Positions 39,927 to 49,723 of a DNA stretch of 64,000 bases are shown piece after piece. The stretch's first letter is position 1. Every line of letters starts with the position of its first letter. This stretch comes from a bacterium (GTDB lineage: Bacteria; JADJOY01), in NCBI GenBank assembly GCA_046331705.1, contig JAXLQJ010000013.1:62001-126000 (forward strand). The letters are read 5' to 3'. The notes beneath the pieces were generated by a model, which saw only the letters and a list, made by a program, of their open reading frames with translations, made no database searches and was not told where the DNA came from. Both the position numbers and the translations under genes were made by a program.

Positions 39927-40991
39927 TCAGTCGAGGCTCGCGAGCCAGCTTCCGAGGTCCACCGCCGCGCGGGTCGCCGCCTGGCGCGCTCCGTCGGCCA
40001 CGAGGCGCGCGCGGGCCGCCGAGTCGGCCCACAGGTCCACGATCGCCCGCGCCCAGCGCTCGGGACGATCGTCGTCGAGCAGCCATGCCGCGCCGCCCGC
40101 CGTCTCGGGGATCGCCGCCGCGGCGCGCGCGATCACCGGCACCCGATGATGCATCGCCTCCAGCACCGGCAGCCCACACCCTTCGTGCTCGCTGGCGAGC
40201 AGGAAGAGATCCGCGGTGCGGTAGCGCGCGGCGAGGCCACGATCGTCGATCGTGCCATCGAAGACCACGTTCGGCGCGCCCAAGTCGCGCACGAGTTGGC
40301 GCAGCGCGAGCGCGTATCCCTCGGTCCCGCCGTCGCCGCCGACCAGGCGTAACCGCGCCTGGGGAAGCGCGCGCGTCACCAGATAGTGCGCGGCCACCAG
40401 CACCTCGACGCGCTTGTTCGGCGCCACGCGGCCCACGGTGAGAAGTCGCGGTCCGGGCTCGGCACCGAGCCGCGCCAGCTCGCGCGCGCGCGGCGCGGCG
40501 GCGAGACGACGTGCGCTGGGCGCGAGCGGCCACACCCGCACCTCGCGAAAGCCTGCGGTGCGAGCTTCGATGGCATCGTGCTCACTCACGCCCACGGCGC
40601 GCGAGGTGAGCCTCGCGAGTGCGACCAGCTCCTGCTCGCCGGCGCGGGCCGCGCGGGCCAGGCTCGGCGACCAGCCCGCGACGAAGCGCGGCGGCGTGAC
40701 CGAGTGATGCACCACGACCCGCGGGCCCGGGAAATCGCGCACCCAATCGACCAAGCCCGCGCCGATCGAGTGATGGTAGAGGAGCAGATCGCCGGGTCCC
40801 GCGACTGCATCCGGGCGCGTGGTCCGAGCGGAGGCCGCCTCGCCGCGACACGCGGGGTGCACCCGGCTCGCGACGAGCGGCGCCGCGGAACCCAGCCCGC
40901 GGGCGGCGGCGGCGAGATCGCGCGCGAAATCGGAGATCGCATCGCCGGGATTGAGCGAGGCCAGGAGCTGGACGATCGCTCGGGTCGCCAC
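39927..40991 (-). CDS. GT4 glycosyltransferase
   Basis: GDAISD, HSVTPP, VGRVAPNK and SEHEGCGLPVLEAM motifs. Confidence 0.88.
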   Translation of the reverse strand: MATRAIVQLLASLNPGDAISDFARDLAAAARGLGSAAPLVASRVHPACRGEAASARTTRPDAVAGPGDLLLYHHSIGAGLVDWVRDFPGPRVVVHHSVTPPRFVAGWSPSLARAARAGEQELVALARLTSRAVGVSEHDAIEARTAGFREVRVWPLAPSARRLAAAPRARELARLGAEPGPRLLTVGRVAPNKRVEVLVAAHYLVTRALPQARLRLVGGDGGTEGYALALRQLVRDLGAPNVVFDGTIDDRGLAARYRTADLFLLASEHEGCGLPVLEAMHHRVPVIARAAAAIPETAGGAAWLLDDDRPERWARAIVDLWADSAARARLVADGARQAATRAAVDLGSWLASLD

Positions 40992-41002
40992 GGCGGAAGG
41001 CC

Positions 41003-41377
41003 TCAGCGCTCCGGGCACGCGGAGCTCGGCCGGTCGCGCACCGATCGCGCCTCGTCCTCGCCACGCGCCGCCAGCTCCGCGAGCACGCGAGTCAGCGCGA
41101 CGTTGAGCTCCGCCTGCCGCTCGCGCGGCGCGCCGGTACGGCTCCACACGATCCGACGCACCAGGCTCTTCACGCGCTTGGCCCAGCGCGGCGCCAACCG
41201 ATGCGGCGAATCGAGCGGCGGCCGCGCGTCGGCGGCGCTCGCCGCCACAAGCGCGGCGACGCGCTCGCAGCGCTCCGGCGAGAGCCGCGCGCTCGATACT
41301 GCGCCGAACTCGGCGAGCGCCCGCTGCACGTGGCGGAGGTCGTCCGAGGACCAAGCCGGCGGACGGAGATCAGGCAC
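41003..41377 (-). CDS. Small hypothetical protein (SHR/K-x-x-x-R motif family, copy 1)
   Basis: PPLDSPHR..KRVKSLVRRIV..ERQAELN; in operon between GT4 genes. Confidence 0.6.
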   Translation of the reverse strand: MPDLRPPAWSSDDLRHVQRALAEFGAVSSARLSPERCERVAALVAASAADARPPLDSPHRLAPRWAKRVKSLVRRIVWSRTGAPRERQAELNVALTRVLAELAARGEDEARSVRDRPSSACPER

Positions 41378-42452
41378 GCGCGCCGTCCGATCCGAGCGGA
41401 CTCACGTGCTCCCACAGCAGCGCGCGAAAGCGCTCCGTCGAGAACGCCGCGACCCGCTCGCGCTGGCGCGCCACCACCGCCGCGCGCACCTCGCGATCGC
41501 GGTGCAGCAACGTCACCGCTGCCGCCGCCCAATCGCAGCGCCGCTCCGCGAGCAGCACGCCCGCTCCGCCGAGGGTCTCGCCGATGCCGCCTGCGGCGAA
41601 TGCGACCACCGGCACGTCGAAATGCATCGCTTCCACGAGCGGCACGCAGAATCCTTCGTGGGCACTGGCGCACACGTAGGCGGCGGCGACGCGGTAGCAC
41701 GCCGCCAGCGCCGGCGGCGAGACCTGGCCGAGCATGATCACGCCTTCGAGGCCGAGATCGCGGGCCATGTCGAGAAGCGCCATCGAGTAGGTCTCGGTGT
41801 CGCGATCGGTTCCCACCAGCCAGAGCTCCGCGCGCGGCTCGTGGGCTTGCACGTGAGCGAGGATCCGCAGCAGATCCTCGTAGCGCTTGTTGGGAGCGAG
41901 ACGGCCGACGTGGAGCAGCACGGGCCCCTTCCCCGCCGCGCGCGCCAGCCACTCGGCATCCGGCGTGACGCTCGCGAGCTCGTTGGGCACGGCGATGGGC
42001 AGGACGCCGGTGCGCGCGAAGCCGAGCGCCGCGAGCTCGCCGCGATTGAACTCGCTCACGCCGAGCGCCAGATCGACGCGGCCGACCAGCGCGCGAAGCT
42101 CGTCGCGCCCCGCGCGCAGCGCTGCCGCGACGCGGCCGTTGACGCCGTCGAAGAACTCGGGTGGGGTGATGTTGTGATAGACGATCGCCCGCCTGCAGCG
42201 CGCCGCCGCGAACGCCGCCGCGATCCGCGAGCCGATCGAGAAGTGGAAGAGCACCGCGTCGACGCAGGTGTCGTCGAAGCGCGTGTAGGACTGCGCCCGC
42301 TCCGCCAGATCCGGGTGCGCGTTCTCGCAGAAGACTCCCGCGGACGCACCCGCCTCGCGGAGCGCATCGTCGATCATGAGCACGTGGTGCGTGATCGCGT
42401 CGGCGATCGACACGTTGAGCACCATCTGTGCGATGCGGGGCGTGCGCGTCAC
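41370..42452 (-). CDS. GT4 glycosyltransferase
   Basis: ADAITH, YHNITPP, VGRLAPNK and SAHEGFCVPLVEAM motifs. Confidence 0.9.
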   Translation of the reverse strand: MTRTPRIAQMVLNVSIADAITHHVLMIDDALREAGASAGVFCENAHPDLAERAQSYTRFDDTCVDAVLFHFSIGSRIAAAFAAARCRRAIVYHNITPPEFFDGVNGRVAAALRAGRDELRALVGRVDLALGVSEFNRGELAALGFARTGVLPIAVPNELASVTPDAEWLARAAGKGPVLLHVGRLAPNKRYEDLLRILAHVQAHEPRAELWLVGTDRDTETYSMALLDMARDLGLEGVIMLGQVSPPALAACYRVAAAYVCASAHEGFCVPLVEAMHFDVPVVAFAAGGIGETLGGAGVLLAERRCDWAAAAVTLLHRDREVRAAVVARQRERVAAFSTERFRALLWEHVSPLGSDGARA

Positions 42453-43627
42453 GTCGCGAGCTCCGCGAGCGCGCGATCGAAGCGAGCGAGGACCGCGTCC
42501 CACGCGTACTCGCGCTCGACGTAGCGCCGCCCGGCGCGGCCCATGCGGCGAGCGGTCTCGGGATTCTCGATCAGGTAGTCGATCGCGGCGCCGAGCTCGG
42601 CGGCGCTCTCGAACCAGAGTCCGGCGCCGGCGTCCTGCGCGTGACGGCGCGTGACGGCGCAGCGACCGTGCACCAGCACCGGTCGCTCCTGCAGCCACGC
42701 CTCCATGAGCACGATCGAGAAGCTCTCGTTGACGGAGGGCTGCACCACCGCCAGCGCGCCGGCGATGGCGTCGCGCTTCTCGTCCTCCGCGAGGAAATCG
42801 AGGTCGACGATCGAGCTACCCGTACCGGGCGGGAGCGCGAGCTCGCCACTGCCGGCGAACACCAGCTTCACGTCCTCGCGTCGTCTGCACCCGGAGCTGG
42901 CGAAGAGCCGGGCCAGCCAGTTGGTGTTCTTGCCGTCCTCCTTGCGGCCGAAATAGAGGACGTAGGGGCCGCGAATGCCGTGCGCCGCGCGAAACCGCTC
43001 GCCGGAGGCCACGCGGGGCGCCAGGTCGAAGCCCATGCCCACCACGTGCTCGCGGGTTCCATCGAGCCCGTAGAGCCGCGCCGCCAGCTCTCCTTCGGGC
43101 GCGCTGTTGAAGAGGATGCGGCGCACGCTCTCGAAGAGGTTGCGCACGATCCGCAAGTACGCGTACGGCTCGTCGTGAAGGCAGGGGATGAGGACGCTCT
43201 TGTGCGGCGCGATCGCGGCCGCGGTGAGCGTCACGCCGAAGAGATAGGGCAGGAAGACCAGCGCATCGACGTCGTCGGCGTGGCGCGCGACGTGCGCCAG
43301 CAGGCCGTCCGAGTTGACGCTGTGACTCAGCCACTCGATCTCCTCGTCCAGGCTCAGCCCGAGCTGGTGATGGATGCGGTGCTGCAGATGGACGAAGAGC
43401 TCGAGGTTGCGTGGGTTGGTGCGGAAACGTCGCACCGTGAGATCGCCGACTCGAGTCGTGCCTTCCGGGAAATGATCGGCCCAGGAGTGGTGATCGAGCG
43501 CGCACGTGGTCCACACCTCGGCCTGGTAGCGGCTGCGCGGCAGATGGCGCAGGACCTCGAGAGCGAGCGTCTCGGCGCCGCCCACCAGCCCTTCCGCGAA
43601 ACGCGGGATCACGAACGCGAGCTTCAT
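42449..43627 (-). CDS. GT4 glycosyltransferase
   Basis: GGAE, TTCALDH.SW, PCLHDE and QPSVNESFSIVLMEAW motifs. Confidence 0.9.
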   Translation of the reverse strand: MKLAFVIPRFAEGLVGGAETLALEVLRHLPRSRYQAEVWTTCALDHHSWADHFPEGTTRVGDLTVRRFRTNPRNLELFVHLQHRIHHQLGLSLDEEIEWLSHSVNSDGLLAHVARHADDVDALVFLPYLFGVTLTAAAIAPHKSVLIPCLHDEPYAYLRIVRNLFESVRRILFNSAPEGELAARLYGLDGTREHVVGMGFDLAPRVASGERFRAAHGIRGPYVLYFGRKEDGKNTNWLARLFASSGCRRREDVKLVFAGSGELALPPGTGSSIVDLDFLAEDEKRDAIAGALAVVQPSVNESFSIVLMEAWLQERPVLVHGRCAVTRRHAQDAGAGLWFESAAELGAAIDYLIENPETARRMGRAGRRYVEREYAWDAVLARFDRALAELAT

Positions 43628-44106
43628 CGGCGCTCGGGCTCGGCCCCCGGGCGCGGCGCGCCGGCAGCGGCGTCGGCCTCCAGCTCGCGCACGCGCTCGC
43701 GGAGGCGTCCCAGGTCGGCGATCAACACGCGCACCAAGTCGAGCACCGCGCGATTGAAGCTGGTTTGGCGCTCGAAGAAGGGATCGAGCTCGAAGGCCAC
43801 GATGCGGCGCGTGAGCTTCTTGGCGCGCACCACGAGCGGCCCCACGAGGCGCCGATGCGAGGCGATCGGAGGCGACTCGGCGACGTTCCAGAGCCGAAGC
43901 ATGCGGCGGTAGGCGTCGAAGAGCGCTTCATCCTCGGCACCCTGCTCGAGGGGGATGCGAAGCGCGTAGGCGTCCACCGCCACCAATCGCTCGGGCGCGG
44001 CGACGGCCGCTGCGTGGATGCGCGCGAGCCGCGCCAGCGCCTCCCCGGGATCGAGCCCGCGGGTGCCGATCGAGACCGGCGGCGCCGCCCCGTCGCTTCC
44101 GCTCAC
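43624..44106 (-). CDS. Small hypothetical protein (SHR/K-x-x-x-R motif family, copy 2)
   Basis: PPIASHRRLVGPLVVRAKKLTRRIV..PFFERQTSFN plus a short coiled coil; GTGA overlap with the upstream gene. Confidence 0.7.
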   Translation of the reverse strand: MSGSDGAAPPVSIGTRGLDPGEALARLARIHAAAVAAPERLVAVDAYALRIPLEQGAEDEALFDAYRRMLRLWNVAESPPIASHRRLVGPLVVRAKKLTRRIVAFELDPFFERQTSFNRAVLDLVRVLIADLGRLRERVRELEADAAAGAPRPGAEPERR

Positions 44107-46577
44107 GCGCGCGCTCCGTTCGTGCCGCCGCGACGGCGCGGCGCGAGCTCCGCCAGGAAGCGCAGCAACTCCTCCGCGGTGCGCGCAGGCGCGTGGACGC
44201 GATGCACGTGGTCGCGGGCGCGGATCCCGATGGCCACGCCGAGTCGCGGCTCGGCGACCAGCGCCGCCAGTGTCGCGACCAGGTGATCGTGCTCGCGGGC
44301 GCCGAGGTCGATCTCGAGGCACGTGCCTTCGGGCAGCTCGCTCATCGCACCCAGGTCGCTCAGCAGCACCGGACGACCGCGCTCCATCGCCTCGAGCGCG
44401 GCAGCGGAGGTCTCGCCGCGATGAGGATAGCGAAGCGCCACGATCGCGTCGCAGGCCGCCATCCAGCTGGCGTAGCGCTCGGCGGGCACGCGCCCGGTGA
44501 TGGTGATGGCGGCGCGCGCGGACGATGCCGCGACCCGCGCCTCGAGACCGGACCAGCTCGGCACCTCGCCCACGAAAACCAGGCGTGCGTGCGGCACCCG
44601 CGCCGCGATCGCCTCGAACGCGGCGAGCACCGCTTCCGGTCGCTTCATCGGTGTCTGGACGCCGAACGAGCCGATCCAGAACGCATCCTGGTCGACGCCG
44701 AGCTCGCGACGCGCGAGGCGCGCGTCGGGCGCGGGCGGCCGCGGCGCGATCGCCAAGGGGATCTCCGCGAGCGGGCCGGCGAATCCGAGCGCTCGCGCGC
44801 GGCGAGCGGCGTGCCGGCTGAACACCACGCCCGCGCTCGCCGCGGCGAGCAGACGCCCGAGACACGGCAGGCCGTAGTAGAGCACGTCGCCGCCGAACCC
44901 CTTGGCCACGAGCGCGGCGGCGCGCGCCCCCTCGCGACCGTGGCTCTGCGTGAGCGCGTCGGCGTAACCCTGCTCGTCGCCGCGTTCCAGGGTGGTGGCC
45001 ATGACCAGGTGATGCAGCACCAGATCGTGCAACAGCGCCACGCCGCCGTGCGCGAGCACGTGTCGATAGGACTGCTCGTGGTGGAGGCTGTTGCCGAGCT
45101 GGTGCACGACGTGGGTGAACTCCAGATCCCGATCGACCGCCTCGAACAGCCGCCCGTCCTCGATCGCCACGCTCGCTCCCGGCGGCGACACGGCGGCTTC
45201 CTCGGGTGCGTCCACGAACGCAGTGACGTCGGCGTGCGCGGTGAGCGCGGGGAGCAGGTTCGCGGCGAACTCGGCGACCCCGGTCGGCGCCGGCGGAAGC
45301 GGCGTGAAGAGCGCGATTCGCGGTCGCGACTGGGCGCCTGGGTGTGCCGCGGCTGCAGCGGCGCGCGAGCGCCACGGCCGCTCGGGCGGAGAGGCGAGCT
45401 CGCGGTAGACCTCCGCCGTCGCCCGCGCCACCGCATCCCAGGTGAACTTGTCGGCCTGGCGGCGCCCCCGCGCGCTGAGCTCGGCGGCCCGCTCGCGGTT
45501 GCCCAGCACGCCGTCGAGCGCCGCGCGCATGGCGGCGGGATCGAGGGGATCGACGAGCTCGGCGGCGTCGCCGGCGATCTCCGGCATCGACGACACCGAC
45601 GAGCAGATCACCGGCGTGCCGCAACGCATGGCCTCGAGCACCGGCAACCCGAAGCCCTCGTAGCGCGACGGGAAGACCAGGAGCGATGCGAGGTTGTAGA
45701 GGCGCACCTGGTCGTCGTCGGGAACGAAGCCCGTGAGCACCAGCTCGTCGCCGAGCCCCACCGCCTCGGCCATCGCGCGGACCCGACGGCGCTCGTCGTC
45801 GCTCAGCCGGCACACCACCACGAGCTTGTGGGTTCGACGCGCGGCGGCCGCGGAAAAAGCCTCGAAGAGCCGCTCGAAGTTCTTCCGGAAATCGTAGCCG
45901 CCGGTATAGAGCACGAAGCGCTCGCCGACGCCCCAGCGAGCACGGATCGAGCCGTCGGGATCGGGATTCTCGATCGGTCGGAAGCGCTCGTCGGCCGCCG
46001 CCCAGATCACGTGCACCCGCTCGGGAGGGATGTCGAGCGAGCGCACGAGATCGCGCTTGGTGCACTCGCTGATCGCGAGCAACCGATCCGCCCGCTTCAA
46101 CCCGGCGAGGATGCGCTCGTACTCGAAGCGAAAGCGCGGCGAGGCGCCCGCGAGGTACTCGTGCGGGAAGAGGTGCGGGATGAGGTCGTAGACGGTCGCC
46201 ACGACGCGTACGTGCGGGACGTCGAGCGGAACCCACACCTCCCACTCGAACGGCGACGTCGCGTGGTAGATCGGGCAATCCCGCTCGAGCGCGCGCGCGG
46301 CGACGCCCGCTTCCGTGGCCTTGCGATCGTGCTCGCGGCGCTCCTCGACGTCGCGCAGACGATCCCCTTCCACCAGGCTGACGCCGCGCTCCGAGCCCAA
46401 GCCGGCGACCAGCGCGTCCAGCGTGTCACCCGTCGGCAGCCAGCCGTTCACCAAGCCGAAGAGATCGACCCCGGGTTGCGAGGCGAGCGCCTGGACGTGG
46501 TTCCGCGTGTAGAACCCGATCCCCCGCGAACGGGAGGACCGTGTCTGCAGCGCCTGGAGATCGAACAGGACTCGCAT
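44103..46577 (-). CDS. Two-domain GT4 glycosyltransferase (WbdA-like polymerase)
   Basis: MRVLFDLQALQT..RGIG and EGFGLPVLEAM in domain 1; RIALFTPLPP..TGVA, QLGNS..H and GETS in domain 2. Confidence 0.88.
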   Translation of the reverse strand: MRVLFDLQALQTRSSRSRGIGFYTRNHVQALASQPGVDLFGLVNGWLPTGDTLDALVAGLGSERGVSLVEGDRLRDVEERREHDRKATEAGVAARALERDCPIYHATSPFEWEVWVPLDVPHVRVVATVYDLIPHLFPHEYLAGASPRFRFEYERILAGLKRADRLLAISECTKRDLVRSLDIPPERVHVIWAAADERFRPIENPDPDGSIRARWGVGERFVLYTGGYDFRKNFERLFEAFSAAAARRTHKLVVVCRLSDDERRRVRAMAEAVGLGDELVLTGFVPDDDQVRLYNLASLLVFPSRYEGFGLPVLEAMRCGTPVICSSVSSMPEIAGDAAELVDPLDPAAMRAALDGVLGNRERAAELSARGRRQADKFTWDAVARATAEVYRELASPPERPWRSRAAAAAAHPGAQSRPRIALFTPLPPAPTGVAEFAANLLPALTAHADVTAFVDAPEEAAVSPPGASVAIEDGRLFEAVDRDLEFTHVVHQLGNSLHHEQSYRHVLAHGGVALLHDLVLHHLVMATTLERGDEQGYADALTQSHGREGARAAALVAKGFGGDVLYYGLPCLGRLLAAASAGVVFSRHAARRARALGFAGPLAEIPLAIAPRPPAPDARLARRELGVDQDAFWIGSFGVQTPMKRPEAVLAAFEAIAARVPHARLVFVGEVPSWSGLEARVAASSARAAITITGRVPAERYASWMAACDAIVALRYPHRGETSAAALEAMERGRPVLLSDLGAMSELPEGTCLEIDLGAREHDHLVATLAALVAEPRLGVAIGIRARDHVHRVHAPARTAEELLRFLAELAPRRRGGTNGARA

Positions 46578-46646
46578 CTCACGCGGTGGCGGCGGTGAGC
46601 ACCGACTGGCTCCCGCCAGGCGGGGCGCCCGCGACGCGGCGGCCCC

Positions 46647-47264
46647 TCACGAGTCGGCTTGGGACGAACGCCCCTCGAGGTCCTCGACCCGCCGTTCGAG
46701 CGCCAATCGTTCCCGGTCGAGCTTCTGGAAGAGCAGGTCCATCCGATCCGCGAGGGCCTGCTCGCCGCCCTCGATCCGCGTGACCAGCTCGGCACGCTCC
46801 GCGGCGACGCGCTCGATGCGCTCCACGATCCGGCGATCGTTCGCCGCGAGCCGGTTGGTGGCGTCGTCGAGGTTCTTCGCGAGCGTGTTCGAGAAGTTCG
46901 TGAGGTTCGAGAAGAACGCCGTGATGGCCTGGAAGACCGGCAGGAAGAGCCCCATCACGCTCTTGCGCACCGCGAGCTTCGCCAGCACGATGATCCGCCC
47001 CACCACCGGCCGGTGCGAGCGCAAGGGAAAGAGCGGATCGAGCTGCCAGTGCTCGTTCAGGTACTTGAGATGGGGCGAGAAGATCGCCGGTGACGGCAGC
47101 TCGGCGAGGCCGCCCGCGGCCTCGGACGCACCACCCACCGTGCGCGGCGACTCCCACGGAGGCAGGTCCGCCTCGGGATGACGGCGACGGATCTCGTCGC
47201 GGATGCCGCGCACGATCCGCGCGACGTCCACGCCATCGCGTTCCAGCTCCCGCTCATCGGCCAT
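46647..47264 (-). CDS. Hypothetical coiled-coil protein (SHR/K-x-x-x-R motif family, copy 3)
   Basis: VDVARIVRGIRDEI, FPLRSHRPVVGRIIVLAKLAVRK and a C-terminal coiled coil. Confidence 0.75.
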   Translation of the reverse strand: MADERELERDGVDVARIVRGIRDEIRRRHPEADLPPWESPRTVGGASEAAGGLAELPSPAIFSPHLKYLNEHWQLDPLFPLRSHRPVVGRIIVLAKLAVRKSVMGLFLPVFQAITAFFSNLTNFSNTLAKNLDDATNRLAANDRRIVERIERVAAERAELVTRIEGGEQALADRMDLLFQKLDRERLALERRVEDLEGRSSQADS

Positions 47265-47297
47265 CGCTGAGCTCGCTCGCAGCCGGCAGCGCGAACG

Positions 47298-48470
47298 TCA
47301 CGATCCGGGTTCGAGCCGCGAGACGTCGATCGTCACCGCGAAGGACACCGCGTCGCCGAACGCACCCGCGCGCACCACCAGGGGCACGCGCACGGCCGTC
47401 TTGGAGACGCGCGTCGGTTGACCCCACGACACGATCTCGGCGGGTCCGTCGGCCCCCGCCGTCATCGGCGGCGTGAGCGGCGCCGGCGCGGGAGTGGCCA
47501 GGTGCAGCGGCGGCAACGTCGGAGGTGGGGTCGGAGCCTTCTCCGCCCAGCCGCCCGCCGCGACGGCCGGCGCAGGCTCGGGCGGCAGCTCGTCGTCCAC
47601 GTAGACCACGTCCTCCGAGCCTTCGAGCTCGCTCTCGTCGACCACCTCGACGTCGTCGAACGAGTCGGCGTGGGCGGCGAGCGGCTCGCCGCGCGGCACC
47701 GGTGGCACCTCGAAGTCGTCGTGGAGTGGCTCGCGGCTGAGCGGCGGCAGCGCGGGCTCGTCGTGGAAATCGTCGAGGGTCGCGGGCTTCGGCGCGGGCG
47801 CGGCGGCTGCCGGCGCGGGAACGTCGAGTCGCGGCTTCGGCTGCGGCTTCGGCCCCGCGGGTTTGGCAGGCTTCTTGGGTCCCTCGTGGGTATCGCGCAG
47901 GTCCTTGAGGACCAGCTTGCAGACCGCGGTGAGGGTCTCGAGCACGCCGCGCTCGGAGATCGCCGCGGCTTCGAAATGCGACCAGCCCTGGGGATTGAGC
48001 GCGGCGTCGAGCTCCTTGATCGAGAGCAGATTGGGCAGGTCGCGCTTGTTGTACTGAAGCACGACCGGCAGCTCCGACATCTTGCGCCCTTGCTCCTCGA
48101 GGTTCGCCTCGAGGTTCTTGAGCGACTGGATGTTCGACTCCATCATGTCGCGCTGGCTGTCGGCGACGAACACCACGCCGTCCACGCCCTTGAGCACCAC
48201 CTTGCGGGTGGCGTTGTAGAAGACCTGGCCGGGGACGGTGTAGATGTGGAACCGGGTCTTGAAGCCCCGGATCTCGCCGAGCTCGAGCGGCAAGAAGTCG
48301 AAGAAGAGCGTTCGATCGGTCTGGGTGTCGAGCGAGATCAGCTTGCCGCGCTGATCCGGTCGCATGCGCCGGTGGATGACCTCCAGATTGGTGGTCTTAC
48401 CGGACAAGCCCGGCCCGTAATAGACGATCTTCGCGCTCAGTTCTTTCTTCGCGTAGTTGAAGAAGGCCAT
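47298..48470 (-). CDS. mglA: MglA-family small GTPase with a long C-terminal extension
   Basis: KIVYYGPGLSGKTTN, DRTLFFD, YTVPGQVFY and NKRD motifs, then a ~195-aa Pro/acidic tail. Confidence 0.88.
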   Translation of the reverse strand: MAFFNYAKKELSAKIVYYGPGLSGKTTNLEVIHRRMRPDQRGKLISLDTQTDRTLFFDFLPLELGEIRGFKTRFHIYTVPGQVFYNATRKVVLKGVDGVVFVADSQRDMMESNIQSLKNLEANLEEQGRKMSELPVVLQYNKRDLPNLLSIKELDAALNPQGWSHFEAAAISERGVLETLTAVCKLVLKDLRDTHEGPKKPAKPAGPKPQPKPRLDVPAPAAAAPAPKPATLDDFHDEPALPPLSREPLHDDFEVPPVPRGEPLAAHADSFDDVEVVDESELEGSEDVVYVDDELPPEPAPAVAAGGWAEKAPTPPPTLPPLHLATPAPAPLTPPMTAGADGPAEIVSWGQPTRVSKTAVRVPLVVRAGAFGDAVSFAVTIDVSRLEPGS

Positions 48471-48506
48471 GAATCTTCCCTCGGCTGTCGACCGTTCGGC
48501 TCGGTC

Positions 48507-49718
48507 TCAGTTGCCGCCGGCGCCGTCGGTCATCTTGCCGGTGTCCTGTTTGCGCTGCACCAGCCGCTTGGCTTGGATGGCCAAGGCACTGGGCACGTTC
48601 TTCGAGCGCGAGATGTCCCGGACGTCCTTGTAGCTGAGCGTGTTGAGAAAGCGCATCGACTTGTCGAGCGGGGTCTTGGGGTTCACGGCGAGCGAACGCT
48701 TCACCTTGTAGCTCTTCGTCCACTCACGGCTGCGGGAGATCTCGGAGATGATCTCGCGGCTCGACGCGGCGCTGTTGGCCACCTGCGCGATCTCGTCCTC
48801 GGTGATGCGCGCGTTCTGAAGGACGTAGAGCGGGATGAGGCGGTTCGAGTCGCGCAGCAACAAGTTCCGCGCCTCGCGATTGCCGCGGATCGCCAGCACG
48901 ATCTTCTCCGAGACCGCCATCTTCATCACGGTCTGGAAGAGCGTGAGGCGCTCGTCCTCGGAGAGCTCGTTGCCGCGATCCTCGCCGGTCAGCTCCGCGG
49001 CGAAGTTGAACTCGCGTCCCTCGAGGAAGCTGCGGAAGAGATCGGGGTTGAAGGCGTTCGCGTCGGCCCGCTCGTCCTCGTCGGTCCCGGTGAGCGGCCG
49101 ACGCACGCGGCGCGTCGTGCCCGAAGCCGGATCGGGCTGCTCGACGTCCTCGGTCTCGGGTTCGTCGTCGATCGGCGCGGCGGCCTGCGGCTCGTCCTCG
49201 TCGACCGAGATCTTCACCTCCAGGCCCAAGATCTGGAGGATGCGGTCGACGGTGCCTTTGCGAACCTTCGAGTTCTCGAACAACGCCTCGATCACCGCGG
49301 GCGAGTTCAGCAAGTTCATGTTGCGGCGCCGCACCGTGTCGATGACGGCGTCGGTACCGTTGATCACCAGATAGTGGAACGCGTCGTCGCTGAGGTCGTT
49401 GTTCAGGATGAGCCGACCGAGGAACGGGGCGTGGGTCGCGAACTCCTTGGCGAGGAAGTCGAGGATGACCGACTCGAGGCGACGCGTCTTGTAGGCGTCG
49501 TCGACGACGTTGGGCGCGATCTTGCGCAAGCGATCGAGCGCCTCCGCCGCCTCGCTCCCAGGCGCCGAGCACGCCAGGATGAAGAGTCCCTTCACCTGCC
49601 ATTCGGGCGGATGCCCGGAAAAGCCATCGAGAAAGGCGCGCCGGGCGAATGGCCTCGCGTCCGGCCCGACGAGGACCTTGAGCTCTTCGTCGATCTCGAT
49701 CGGGATCGTCTGGGGCAC
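48507..49718 (-). CDS. Conserved hypothetical helical-repeat protein
   Basis: Strong coding bias; GNREARNLLLRDSN..VLQNARIT..LAVNPKTP; in operon with fusA2 and mglA. Confidence 0.75.
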   Translation of the reverse strand: MPQTIPIEIDEELKVLVGPDARPFARRAFLDGFSGHPPEWQVKGLFILACSAPGSEAAEALDRLRKIAPNVVDDAYKTRRLESVILDFLAKEFATHAPFLGRLILNNDLSDDAFHYLVINGTDAVIDTVRRRNMNLLNSPAVIEALFENSKVRKGTVDRILQILGLEVKISVDEDEPQAAAPIDDEPETEDVEQPDPASGTTRRVRRPLTGTDEDERADANAFNPDLFRSFLEGREFNFAAELTGEDRGNELSEDERLTLFQTVMKMAVSEKIVLAIRGNREARNLLLRDSNRLIPLYVLQNARITEDEIAQVANSAASSREIISEISRSREWTKSYKVKRSLAVNPKTPLDKSMRFLNTLSYKDVRDISRSKNVPSALAIQAKRLVQRKQDTGKMTDGAGGN

Positions 49719-49723
49719 GCGCC

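Noticed and set aside
43624-46278. 884-aa ORF overlapping the WbdA-like gene
   Set aside because: Only the last ~160 codons look coding; the rest is an Arg-rich alternate frame.
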